NCBI GenBank assembly: GCA_038206295.1 | Contig: JBBRAZ010000018.1 | Span: 8,728-72,727 of the forward strand | Direction: 5' to 3' | Length of the DNA stretch: 64,000 nt | Source of the DNA: Acidimicrobiales bacterium | Lineage (GTDB): Bacteria > Actinomycetota > Acidimicrobiia > Acidimicrobiales > JBBRAZ01 | Shown: piece by piece, positions 1 through 8,782 of the stretch | Layout: every line of letters begins with the position of its first letter | Position numbering within the stretch: position 1 is the stretch's first letter | Notes under the pieces: generated by a model | Told to the model about the DNA's origin: nothing | What the model saw: only the letters and a program-made list of their open reading frames with translations | Database searches by the model: none | Program-made: the position numbers and the translations under genes

Positions 1-236
1 ATCCCCGCCGGCAGCGAATCGAGGAAGCGCGTCACGTCCACGGGCTCGGCGCGCGATGCCGCGAACCCGATCGCGGCCGGCAGCAGCACCAGCATCAGGC
101 TCGGCACGATGAGCATGGGCAGCAGGACGGCCTTGGATCGGCGCACCGCGGTCAGGTCCTTGCGCACCACCGCGCCGATGGCGTACCAGTCGAGGCCCTC
201 GGGGGAGGACTGCACGCGCTCGGCGTCGTGGCTCAC
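1..236 (-). CDS. ABC-2-type transporter permease, N-terminal part only (gene runs off the window start)
   Basis: GTG at 236 overlaps the TGA of the upstream ATPase gene (GTGA). Translation VSHDAERVQSSPEGLDWYAIGAVVRKDLTAVRRSKAVLLPMLIVPSLMLVLLPAAIGF gives a basic lead-in plus a first TM helix. Strong GC3 bias in this frame. Confidence 0.5.
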   Translation of the reverse strand, partial: MSHDAERVQSSPEGLDWYAIGAVVRKDLTAVRRSKAVLLPMLIVPSLMLVLLPAAIGFAASRAEPVDVTRFLDSLPAG

Positions 237-1216
237 GGCTGCACCCCGTTCGATGCGATCGCGGCGAGGTGGTCGGCCTGCGCTCGCTGCTCGATCTCGT
301 AGTACACGTCCTCCAGCGAGGGGGGCTGGCCGCTGAGGCCGTAGAGGCGGCCCCCAGCGGCGACCACCGCCTGCGACAGCGCGGGGAGCACCGAGCGGTC
401 ACGGATCCGAAGGGCGGCTCCGCTCGCGCTGGGCGATGCGTCGAGCACGCCGTCCACCGCCCGCAGCGCGGCGATCATCGGCCCATCTGCCATCGCGTCC
501 AGCGTGACCTCGGCGCCCATGCCCGCCCAGAGGTCCGCCGCGAGCTCGTCGGGGCGGCCGAACGCCACGAGTCGGCCACGGTGCAGCACCGCCATGCGAT
601 CCGCCAGAGCGCCGGCCTCGGCCAGGAAGTGGGTGGCGAGCACCACCGTGCGCCCGTCGCCCTCGGTCAGGGTGCGGATGAGCTCGGCGACGTCGCGTGT
701 GGCGGTGGGATCGAGACCAGCGGTCGGCTCATCGAGGAAGAGCAGCTCGGGGTCGCCGAGCAGCGACCGCGCGAGCGCGATGCGCTTGCGCTGCCCGGTG
801 GAGAACCCCTGGGTGAGGTCGTCTGCCCGGTCGGCCATCTCGAATCTCTCCAGCAGCTCCATCACCGTCCGGCCCGCCGCCGGGCCGCGCCAGCCCCGGA
901 GTCGCGCGCTGGCGAGCAGGTTCTCGCGTGCGGTGAGCCGATCGTCGAGCCCAGCGTTCTCGGTGAGCACCCCGGTGCGCTGGCGGACCTCGTGGCCCTG
1001 CGTGAACGGGTCCAGCCCCAGCACGCGAGCGCTGCCCCGATCGGGTTGCAGGACGCCGTCGAGCAGGCGCACGGTCGTGGTCTTCCCGGCTCCGTTGGGG
1101 CCCAGCAGCGCGAGCACCTCGCCGGCGGGCAGCGAGAACGTGACGTCGTCCACCGCCACCCCGGAGGGGAAGGACCGCGTGAGGCCGTTCGTGGCGATGG
1201 CGGCGCTGGCATCCAT
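233..1216 (-). CDS. ABC transporter ATP-binding protein
   Basis: Walker A GPNGAGKTT, signature FSTGQRKRIALA, Walker B LLFLDEPTAGLD. Start taken at ATG 1216 (MDASAAIATNGL) rather than the ORF-track start 1321. Confidence 0.9.
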   Translation of the reverse strand: MDASAAIATNGLTRSFPSGVAVDDVTFSLPAGEVLALLGPNGAGKTTTVRLLDGVLQPDRGSARVLGLDPFTQGHEVRQRTGVLTENAGLDDRLTARENLLASARLRGWRGPAAGRTVMELLERFEMADRADDLTQGFSTGQRKRIALARSLLGDPELLFLDEPTAGLDPTATRDVAELIRTLTEGDGRTVVLATHFLAEAGALADRMAVLHRGRLVAFGRPDELAADLWAGMGAEVTLDAMADGPMIAALRAVDGVLDASPSASGAALRIRDRSVLPALSQAVVAAGGRLYGLSGQPPSLEDVYYEIEQRAQADHLAAIASNGVQP

Positions 1217-1323
1217 GAGGTGCCATTCTGCGGCGTGCGGCCCGTTCGCGCCCCATCTGCGGTCGCGCCACCGCGGTGGGTGTTCATCTGGGCCAAGCAC
1301 GTGGTTAACTGGAGTTACCACCC

Positions 1324-2835
1324 ATGGACGACGGAGTCGCCGTGAACCTGGCCCAGATCATCGAGTCCCACCCCGCTGACGCCCCCGCGATCATCAGCAG
1401 GGGCAAGGTCACCGCCTACGGCGAGCTCCGCTCCCAGGTGGCGGGGCTGCGTGGCGCGCTGGTGGACCTGGGACTCGAGCCCGGCGATCGGCTCGCAATC
1501 GTCTGCGGGAACAACTGGTACTTCGCCGTCACCTACTTCGCGGCGCTCGGCGCCGGCCTGGTGGTCGTCCCGCTCAACCCCTCAGCTCCCGGCCCCGAGC
1601 TCGAGCGGCAGCTCGCGGCGATCGGCGCTCGGGCGGCGGTCGTCGGTCCCACCGGCAAGGCGTCGTTCGCCGCCGTGCGCGACGAGCAGCTCCCGGTGCT
1701 CGAGCACGTGATCATGAGCGCGGGCGCCGACAACGGCGACGCCCTCCTCCTCGACGATCTGCTCGGGGCGACGCCGGTTCCCATCGTCGAGCGCGACGCC
1801 GGGGACCTCGCGGCGCTGCTGTTCACCTCCGGCACCGCCGGGTCGCCGAAGGCGGCGATGCTCACCCACGGCAACCTGCTCACCAACCTCGAGCAGATCA
1901 TCTCCACCCCCGGGCGCGACCAGGCCGAGGCCGACGTCATCTTCGGCGTGCTGCCCCTGTTCCACATCTTCGGGATGAACGTGATCCTCGGTCTCGCGGC
2001 GTACGTCGGGTCCGCGGTGCTGCTCATCGAGCGGTTCGACCCGGTGGCCGCGCTCGAAGCCGTCGAGAAGCACGGCGTGACGATGCTGTCGGGACCGCCG
2101 AACATGTGGGCCGCGTGGGCCGACCTGGTCGACGTCGATGCCGTCGCGTTCGCCTCGGTGAAGGTGGCGGCGTCCGGCGCCGCCAAGCTGCCGATCGACG
2201 TGGCCGAGCGCGTCGAGGCGCGCTTCGGCATCCGCCTGCGCGAGGGCTACGGCATGACGGAGGCCGGCCCGGTGATCACGATGTCCGCCGGGACCGAGGC
2301 GCCGTTCGGCTCGATCGGCCGACCGGTCCCGCGCCTCGAGCTGCGCCTCGTCGACGCTGAGGGCGACGACGTGCTCATCGGCGATGCGGGCGAGATCATC
2401 GTGCGCGGGCCCAACGTGTTCCTCGGCTACTGGAACGATCCTGAGGCCACATCCGCTGCGATCGACGCCGATGGGTGGCTGCACACCGGCGACGTGGCGG
2501 TGGTCGACGACGACGGGCACCTCTTCCTCGTCGACCGGGTGAAGGACCTCATCATCGTGTCGGGCTTCAACGTGTACCCCGCCGAGGTGGAGGAGGTGCT
2601 CATCGAGCACCCCGCCGTCGACGGCGTCGCGGTCGTCGGCACCGCGCACCCGCACACCGGCGAGACGGTTCGGGCCTACGTCGTGGCGTCGTCCGCGGTG
2701 TCGGTCGAGGAGGACGAGCTCATCTCGTGGTGCGCTGCGAGGCTCGCTCGCTACAAGTGCCCGACGAAGATCACCTTCGCCGACGAGCTGCCCCGCGGCG
2801 TCACCGGCAAGGTGCTGCGCCGCGCCCTGCGCTGA
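1324..2835 (+). CDS. AMP-forming acyl-CoA synthetase (long-chain fatty acid-CoA ligase family)
   Basis: AMP-binding motif LLFTSGTAGSPKAAMLTHGNL, GYGMTEAG, HTGDVAVVDDDGHLFLVDRVKDLI. 503-aa ORF with GGAG 9 nt upstream of the ATG. Confidence 0.9.
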   Translation: MDDGVAVNLAQIIESHPADAPAIISRGKVTAYGELRSQVAGLRGALVDLGLEPGDRLAIVCGNNWYFAVTYFAALGAGLVVVPLNPSAPGPELERQLAAIGARAAVVGPTGKASFAAVRDEQLPVLEHVIMSAGADNGDALLLDDLLGATPVPIVERDAGDLAALLFTSGTAGSPKAAMLTHGNLLTNLEQIISTPGRDQAEADVIFGVLPLFHIFGMNVILGLAAYVGSAVLLIERFDPVAALEAVEKHGVTMLSGPPNMWAAWADLVDVDAVAFASVKVAASGAAKLPIDVAERVEARFGIRLREGYGMTEAGPVITMSAGTEAPFGSIGRPVPRLELRLVDAEGDDVLIGDAGEIIVRGPNVFLGYWNDPEATSAAIDADGWLHTGDVAVVDDDGHLFLVDRVKDLIIVSGFNVYPAEVEEVLIEHPAVDGVAVVGTAHPHTGETVRAYVVASSAVSVEEDELISWCAARLARYKCPTKITFADELPRGVTGKVLRRALR

Positions 2836-2847
2836 CCTGCTCGACGG

Positions 2848-3645
2848 TCAGTCGCCGCTGGCCCGCCGCTGCTCGCGCGCCCAAGCCGCCTCCAGCGCGC
2901 TGCGCACCACGCCATCAGGCACGGATCGCAGCGTCCCGGCGCTCGAGCCGCCGCTGGTGATCAGGAACCCGCCGAAGATGAGGGTGATCCCCACCAGCAG
3001 CGAGATCGCGAAGCCGGTCATCTCGTCGACGACCGAGTTGAGCAAGCCACCCGCGCTCAGCACGATGGTGCCCGCCGCGATGGCGAGGTTCGCTGCCGCG
3101 AGGCGCCGCGGGCTCAGCGAGCCGGTCGGCTGCTCGCCGGGACGGCGCTGGCCGCGCAGGAGCCGCCACGCGCTCCACAACGCCCCGCCGAGCACGATCA
3201 CGGCGGCCACGCCGGAACCGATGCCGGCCATGAGCCGCGGCGCCAGGCCGAAGACCTCGCTGCCTCTGGGCAGGATCTCGGGGTCGATGCTGCCCGTCAG
3301 CGGGACGGTGACGACGACGCCGGTGCAGAAGGCGGCGAGCAGCGCGACCGCCACCCCCGCGCGGTCGCCGCGCTCGGCGCCGCCGAGGAGGTAGATGGTG
3401 CCCACCGCCAGGAACGGCACGTTGAGGATGGCGCCGAACAGGTAGAACGCGCGGAACGACCACGGCTCCCAACCCAGTGCGCCGCCCGCCCAGAGCGCTG
3501 CGGACCCAGCTGCGAACAGCGCCAGGGAGATGGACCAGGCCAGCTCGTGACGGCGACGCCGAGCGCACCACCGCTCCCACGTGGAGAGCGCGAAGGCGAT
3601 GGCCACCAGCGTGGCTGCGGCACCCATGGCCGCGTGCAGGGTCAC
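2848..3645 (-). CDS. Polytopic membrane protein of unknown function
   Basis: 265-aa ORF with about 7 hydrophobic helices and coding GC3 bias. No recognisable catalytic motif. Confidence 0.6.
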   Translation of the reverse strand: MTLHAAMGAAATLVAIAFALSTWERWCARRRRHELAWSISLALFAAGSAALWAGGALGWEPWSFRAFYLFGAILNVPFLAVGTIYLLGGAERGDRAGVAVALLAAFCTGVVVTVPLTGSIDPEILPRGSEVFGLAPRLMAGIGSGVAAVIVLGGALWSAWRLLRGQRRPGEQPTGSLSPRRLAAANLAIAAGTIVLSAGGLLNSVVDEMTGFAISLLVGITLIFGGFLITSGGSSAGTLRSVPDGVVRSALEAAWAREQRRASGD

Positions 3646-3781
3646 CGACGCAGGCTACGACGTCGCGGCGATCATCCTCCAGAGGGCTCGGGCCGCTGAC
3701 CGCGGTGACATCCGACCGCACCGATGGGTCAAGGGACGCGGTCGACCGACGCTGCGTAGGGTGCCGGCAGGAGGGGCGCGC

Positions 3782-5317
3782 ATGGTGACGGTCGTGGTCG
3801 GAGGCGGGACGAGCGGCTCGGTGGTCGCTGCTCGGCTGAGCGAGGACGGGCGGCGCCACGTCGTGCTCCTCGAGGCAGGTCCGGATCACACCTCCTACCC
3901 GCCGGAGGTGCGCGATCCGGCGCGTGAGTACGAGGCGATCCTCGGTTCCCTGATCGGGGTGCAGAGCTCGGTGCACGTCGGCGCGGCCAGCAGCCCGACG
4001 CTTCTGTACCGCGGCGAGGTGCTGGGCGGGACCTCCGCGGTGAACTTCATGGCCACCGTGCGAGGGCAGCCTGACGACTACGACGGGTGGGCCGCGCTCG
4101 GGTGCGACGGCTGGGGGTGGCAGGACGTCCTGCCGGCGTTCCGTCGGGCGGAGCACGACCTCGACCTGGGGGACGAGCCGCTGCACGGAGGCGACGGCCC
4201 CCTCACGGTTCGACGATGGCCCGAGCCCACCTGGGCGCGGTGCCACCGAGCGCTCTTCGATGGCGCACGAGAGCTCGGAGCGTCGCCCAGCCACGACATC
4301 AACGACGCGTCCACGCTGCCGGGCATCGGCGTCTTCCCGGGGTCGATCCAGCCCGACAGCGGGGAGCGCCTCACGGTGAGCCAGGCGTACCTCACCGACG
4401 AGGTGCGTCGGCGACCGAACCTCGAGGTGCGGTGTGGGGCGCCGGTCGCACGCGTGCTGGTCGACGACGGGCGAGTCGTCGGCGTCGAGCTCCGCTCTGG
4501 TGTCGAGGTCCCAGCGGACGAGGTCATCGTGTGCGCTGGTGCCATCGAGTCGCCCAAGCTGCTCCAGCTCTCGGGCATCGGGCCAGCGCATGTGCTCGCG
4601 AGCGCGGGGATCGATGTCGTCGTCGACCTGCCCGGCGTCGGCGCCAACCTCCAGGACCACGTGGGGCTGGGGTGCGTCTACCACCACCCCGACGACGAGG
4701 TCCTCGTCGGATCTCCAGCGAAGACGGTGTGGATCGGCTCCACGGGCGCCGGCCGGGGCGTGGACTTCCACATCCTCGCCTGCCCGATCTCCTCGGCACC
4801 CGGCGCCGGGACGCTGTTCCAGCTCTTCGTCTTCCACCTGCTTCCACGTAGCCGGGGCAGCGTGCGGATCACGAGCAGCGATCCAGCTGCGATGCCCACG
4901 GTCGAGATGCCCCTGCTGGTGGACGGCGCGGACCTGGACGACCTCGCGGCCGTGGTGGCGCTGGTCGCAGCCTGGGAGGGCACCGACGCCTTCACCGCGC
5001 TGGGCGCGACTCGCCTCTCCCCGGCAGGCTCGCTGCCTTCGGAGGTGGGACGTGACGCGCTGCTCGCCCTGCTCGACACCTCGACCTTCAGCTACTTCCA
5101 TCACGCCGGCACCTGTCGGATGGGACCGAGCGATGATCCCCACGCCGTGCTCGATTCCGAGCTGCGGGTGAGGGGCGTCGAGGGTCTGCGAGTCGTCGAT
5201 GCCTCTGCGATGCCGACGATCGTGCGAGGCAACACCTACCTCGGCTGCGTGATGCTCGCCGAGCACGTCACCGGACGCATGCTCGCAGCGGCTGGGGGAC
5301 CGCCCGGGTCTTTGTGA
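3782..5317 (+). CDS. GMC-family FAD oxidoreductase (choline dehydrogenase-like)
   Basis: N-terminal FAD fold VVVGGGTSGSVVAARLSEDGRRHVVLLEAGPD. C-terminal GMC signature HHAGTCRMGP...LRVVDASAMPTIVRGNT. ATG 3782 chosen because the track start 3581 overlaps the divergent gene. Confidence 0.85.
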   Translation: MVTVVVGGGTSGSVVAARLSEDGRRHVVLLEAGPDHTSYPPEVRDPAREYEAILGSLIGVQSSVHVGAASSPTLLYRGEVLGGTSAVNFMATVRGQPDDYDGWAALGCDGWGWQDVLPAFRRAEHDLDLGDEPLHGGDGPLTVRRWPEPTWARCHRALFDGARELGASPSHDINDASTLPGIGVFPGSIQPDSGERLTVSQAYLTDEVRRRPNLEVRCGAPVARVLVDDGRVVGVELRSGVEVPADEVIVCAGAIESPKLLQLSGIGPAHVLASAGIDVVVDLPGVGANLQDHVGLGCVYHHPDDEVLVGSPAKTVWIGSTGAGRGVDFHILACPISSAPGAGTLFQLFVFHLLPRSRGSVRITSSDPAAMPTVEMPLLVDGADLDDLAAVVALVAAWEGTDAFTALGATRLSPAGSLPSEVGRDALLALLDTSTFSYFHHAGTCRMGPSDDPHAVLDSELRVRGVEGLRVVDASAMPTIVRGNTYLGCVMLAEHVTGRMLAAAGGPPGSL

Positions 5318-5329
5318 ACGCGTGCACGA
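5312..5329. promoter_or_regulatory. Rex operator (ROP)-like palindrome upstream of rex
   Basis: TTGTGAACGCGTGCACGA versus the Rex consensus TTGTGAA-N4-TTCACAA: left half 7/7, right half 5/7. Located 18 nt upstream of the rex start. Confidence 0.6.
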
Positions 5330-5346
5330 GCGCGTAGCCTCGCCCC

Positions 5347-6021
5347 ATGGCGGAGGCACGTCGGATCCCCGAGGCCACGGTGCAGCGGCTCCCCGTGTAC
5401 CTGCGCAGCCTCGTGCAGCTCGCCGAGGAGCGCTCGACCACGACCATCTCCTCCGAGCAGCTGGCGGAGATGGCAGGGGTCAACGCGGCGAAGGTGCGCA
5501 AGGACCTCTCCTACCTCGGCTCCTACGGCACGCGCGGCGTGGGCTACGACGTGGAGTACCTCCTGTTCCAGATGAGTCGTGCGCTGGGCCTCACCCACGA
5601 CTGGCCCGTCGTCATCGTGGGCATGGGCAACCTCGGCCAGGCGCTCGCGAACTACGGCGGCTTCGGTGATCGCGGCTTCCCGGTCGCGGCGCTGGTCGAC
5701 GCCGATCGCGCCAAGGTCGGACAGGACGTCGGCGGCATCGCCATCCGCCACATCGACGACCTGCCCGAGATCGTCGCCGAGCTCCAGATCAGCATCGGCA
5801 TCATCGCCACGCCGGCGGCGGTGGCGCAGGAGGTCGCCGACCGGCTCGTCACCGCTGGCGTGGCCTCGGTGCTGAACTTCGCGCCGGCGGTCATCGCGGT
5901 GCCCGACGAGGTCTCCCTGCGCAAGGTCGACCTCGCCGTCGAGCTCCAGATCCTCAGCTTCTACCAGCAGCGGCGCGAGGAGCTGACCGCCGAGGCGCCC
6001 GGCGACCTGGCGGCTGGCTGA
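5347..6021 (+). CDS. rex: Redox-sensing transcriptional repressor Rex
   Basis: N-terminal IPEATVQRLPVYLRSL winged-helix motif and Rossmann VVIVGMGNLGQALANY. Followed by hem genes, as in the Streptomyces rex-hem operon. Confidence 0.9.
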   Translation: MAEARRIPEATVQRLPVYLRSLVQLAEERSTTTISSEQLAEMAGVNAAKVRKDLSYLGSYGTRGVGYDVEYLLFQMSRALGLTHDWPVVIVGMGNLGQALANYGGFGDRGFPVAALVDADRAKVGQDVGGIAIRHIDDLPEIVAELQISIGIIATPAAVAQEVADRLVTAGVASVLNFAPAVIAVPDEVSLRKVDLAVELQILSFYQQRREELTAEAPGDLAAG

Positions 6022-6653
6022 TGCCCATCACCGGACCGACGTATCCGGTGAACCTGCTGCTCACCGGCCAGCGCTGCCTCGTCGTCGGCGGGGGACGGGT
6101 GGCCGCGCACAAGGCTGAGGGTCTGCTGGCGGCGGGCGCGGTCGTCCACCTGGTCGCCGTTCAGGTGGGCGAGGGGGCACGAGCGCTGCCTCTGACGTGG
6201 GACGAGCGCCCCTACGCCGCCTCGGACCTCGACGGCGTCCGCCTGGTCATCAGCGCCACCGGAGATCCCGAGGTCGACGGGGCGGTGTTCGCCGATGCCG
6301 AGGCCGCTGGCGTCCTCGTCAACAGCGCGGATGATCCGGCGCACTGTCGCTGCACCTTGCCGTCGGTCGTGCGCCGCGGCGACCTGCAGGTGGCGATCTC
6401 CACCGGCGGGCGCAGCCCGGCGCTGGCCGCGTGGCTGCGCGAGCGACTTGGCGACGAGCTCGGCCCCGAGTACGCGCTGCTCCTGGACGTGCTCGCCGAG
6501 GAGCGTGAGCGGCTTCGTGCCGAAGGAATCGCCACCGAGGGCCTCGATTGGCGGGGGGCGCTCGCGTCGGGGATGCTGGAGATGGTCCATCAGGGCCGCA
6601 TCGCTGAGGCCAAGGAGCGCTTGCGGGCGTGTCTCTCGTCGTCATCGGACTGA
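6021..6653 (+). CDS. Precorrin-2 dehydrogenase / sirohydrochlorin ferrochelatase (CysG N-terminal-type, SirC-like)
   Basis: NAD motif CLVVGGGRVAAHKAEGLLAAGA and ISTGGRSPALAAWLRERL. ATG overlaps the rex TGA. Confidence 0.75.
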   Translation: MPITGPTYPVNLLLTGQRCLVVGGGRVAAHKAEGLLAAGAVVHLVAVQVGEGARALPLTWDERPYAASDLDGVRLVISATGDPEVDGAVFADAEAAGVLVNSADDPAHCRCTLPSVVRRGDLQVAISTGGRSPALAAWLRERLGDELGPEYALLLDVLAEERERLRAEGIATEGLDWRGALASGMLEMVHQGRIAEAKERLRACLSSSSD

Positions 6654-7888
6654 CCCATCGAACGGTCCCGCTCGACCTGCTCGAGCGGATGACCATCAGC
6701 GAGGCCCGCCTCCCCAAGGCGCTGGCCGACGTCGCCTCGCGCGAGCACATCCGCGAGGCGGTCATCCTCTCGACGTGCAACCGCACCGAGATCTACGCGG
6801 TGGCCGAGAAGTTCCACGGCGCGTACGCCGACCTGCGCGACTTCCTCGCCGAGACCGCCTACCTGGCACCCGAGGGGTTCAGCGACCTGCTCTACGTGCA
6901 GCACGACGAGGAGGCCGTCGCCCACCTGTTCTCCGTTGCGGGGGGCCTCGATTCCGCGGTCCTCGGAGAGGCGGAGATCCTCGGGCAGGTGCGTCGCGCA
7001 CTCGAGCGGGCTCGCGAGGAGGGCGCGGCCGGCCCGCAGCTCGAGCTCCTGTTCCGCCACGCGCTCGAGACCGGCAAGCGGGCGCGCACCGAGACCGGCA
7101 TCTCCCGCAACATCGCGTCGGTGTCGTCGGCTGCCGTCGCCATGGCGACCGATCGGCTCCAGGGGCTGGCAGGAAGGCGCGTGTGCGTTCTGGGCGTCGG
7201 AGAGATGGGCGAGGGCATGGCCGTCGCCCTGGCCGGTGCAGGTGTCGAGCAGGTGCAGGTCGTCAACAGGACGCACGACGCTGCGTCTGCGCTCGCCGAT
7301 CGCATCGGCGGCACCGCACTGGCCCTGGCCGAGCTCCCGCAGGCGCTGGAGGAGGTCGACCTGCTCCTCACCTCGACCGGGGCGTCGTCGCTGATGGTGG
7401 AGGAGGCGGACCTGGCGCCCGTGCTCGAACGGCGCGCAGGACGACCGCTGCTGATCGTCGACGTGGCGGTGCCCCGTGACGTCGACCCGGCGATCGGCTC
7501 GCTCGACGGCGTCACCCTGCTCGACATGGAGGACCTTCGGACGTTCGCGCAGGCGGGCGTCGCGGAGCGGATGCGCGAGGTGGACGCAGTGCGCTCCATC
7601 GTCGTGGAGGAGGCTCGGCGCTACCTCGACGTCGCGACAGCACGTGAGGTCGCGCCGCTCATCACCGCGCTGCGCGAGCGGATCGAGCAGGTCCGGCGAG
7701 CGGAGCTCGACCGCCAGCTCGCAAAGGTCGACGGCCTCGACGATGCCACGCACGCCGCCATCGATGCTGCGTCGCGCGCCGCGGTGGCCAAGCTCCTCCA
7801 CGAGCCGACGGTGCGCCTCAAGGAGGCGGCCGGCACGCCGCGCGGCGAGCGCCTCGCCGACGCCCTCCGCGAGCTCTTCGACCTCTGA
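6629..7888 (+). CDS. hemA: Glutamyl-tRNA reductase
   Basis: VVIGLTHRTVPLDLLE, ILSTCNRTEIY (catalytic Cys), NADPH motif VLGVGEMGEG. Confidence 0.93.
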   Translation: MSLVVIGLTHRTVPLDLLERMTISEARLPKALADVASREHIREAVILSTCNRTEIYAVAEKFHGAYADLRDFLAETAYLAPEGFSDLLYVQHDEEAVAHLFSVAGGLDSAVLGEAEILGQVRRALERAREEGAAGPQLELLFRHALETGKRARTETGISRNIASVSSAAVAMATDRLQGLAGRRVCVLGVGEMGEGMAVALAGAGVEQVQVVNRTHDAASALADRIGGTALALAELPQALEEVDLLLTSTGASSLMVEEADLAPVLERRAGRPLLIVDVAVPRDVDPAIGSLDGVTLLDMEDLRTFAQAGVAERMREVDAVRSIVVEEARRYLDVATAREVAPLITALRERIEQVRRAELDRQLAKVDGLDDATHAAIDAASRAAVAKLLHEPTVRLKEAAGTPRGERLADALRELFDL

Positions 7889-7893
7889 GCGAC

Positions 7894-8766
7894 GTGGCCG
7901 TTCGCATCGCCACGCGCGGCAGCGCGCTGGCTCGCTGGCAGGCGGAGCACGTCGCCGGGCTCCTGCGCGCGGCTGACCCAGCACTCGAGGTGCAGCTCGT
8001 CATCGTCCACACGGAGGCCGATGCGCGCCTCGACATCCCCATCGCCGAGCTCGGTGGCAAGGGGGCGTTCACCAAGGAGGTGCAGGTCGCCGTCCTCGAC
8101 GGTCGGGCGGACCTTGCGGTCCACAGCGCCAAGGACCTGCCCGCGCTGACGCCCGAGGGTCTCGTGCTCGCTGCGGTGCCGGCGCGAGCCGATCCGCGCG
8201 ACGCGCTCGTCGGTTCGACCCTCGCCGGGCTGGTCGAGGGTGCCAGCATCGCCACCGGATCGGCGCGTCGGCGTGTGCAGCTCGCGCATCTGCGGCCGGA
8301 TCTCACCTTCAGCGAGCTGCGGGGAAACATAGCGACGCGCCTCGAGCGGGGCGCCGCGCACGATGCCATCGTGGTGGCGGTGGCAGCGCTGGATCGTCTC
8401 GGGCTCAGCGCTCGTATCGACGACGCGCTGGCCGTCGACGTGCTCGTGCCCCAGGTCGGCCAGGGCGCGCTCGCGATCGAGTGCCGGGCCGACGACGAGG
8501 TCCTGCGTGCGCGGCTCGTCGTGCTGGAGCACACCGCATCGCGCACCGAGGTCGACGCCGAGCGCTCGTTCCTTCGAACCCTGGGTGGAGACTGCGACCT
8601 CCCCGCAGGAGCGCATGCGCGCACGGTCGACGGTGGTCTGGTCATCGACGCGCTGCTGGCATCTCCTGACGAGACGCAGCTGTGGCGCGCCGGTGAGGAG
8701 GGCGACGACCCGATCGTGCTGGGGCGCACGGTCGCCGAGCGCCTGCTCGCCGACGCAGGCACCTGA
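7894..8766 (+). CDS. hemC: Porphobilinogen deaminase (hydroxymethylbilane synthase)
   Basis: RIATRGSALARWQAEHV, GGKGAFTKEVQ, RGNIATRL, LGGDCDLPAGAHA (cofactor Cys). Confidence 0.93.
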   Translation: MAVRIATRGSALARWQAEHVAGLLRAADPALEVQLVIVHTEADARLDIPIAELGGKGAFTKEVQVAVLDGRADLAVHSAKDLPALTPEGLVLAAVPARADPRDALVGSTLAGLVEGASIATGSARRRVQLAHLRPDLTFSELRGNIATRLERGAAHDAIVVAVAALDRLGLSARIDDALAVDVLVPQVGQGALAIECRADDEVLRARLVVLEHTASRTEVDAERSFLRTLGGDCDLPAGAHARTVDGGLVIDALLASPDETQLWRAGEEGDDPIVLGRTVAERLLADAGT

Positions 8767-8782
8767 TGGCGGAGCCGATGCT

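Noticed and set aside
109-336. 75-aa plus-strand ORF at the window start.
   Set aside because: It overlaps the junction of two well-supported minus-strand ABC transporter genes and is Arg/Ser-rich. It is a shadow ORF.
2915-5359. 814-aa ORF on the minus strand. Similar very long antisense ORFs occur at 29925-32129, 35412-37454, 43584-45854, 53022-55589 and 59998-62319.
   Set aside because: All lie antisense to genes with clear family motifs (GMC oxidoreductase, nuoG, nuoL, GT, nuoL2, acs). They are extremely Arg/Gly/Pro/His-rich and have no recognisable motifs. These are the typical stop-codon-poor shadow frames of ~70% GC DNA.
8363-8782. ORF-track start of the large membrane protein, 400 nt inside hemC.
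   Set aside because: The overlapping portion is an Arg/Ser-rich shadow of hemC. The hydrophobic, protein-like sequence begins at GTG 8783, just after the hemC stop.
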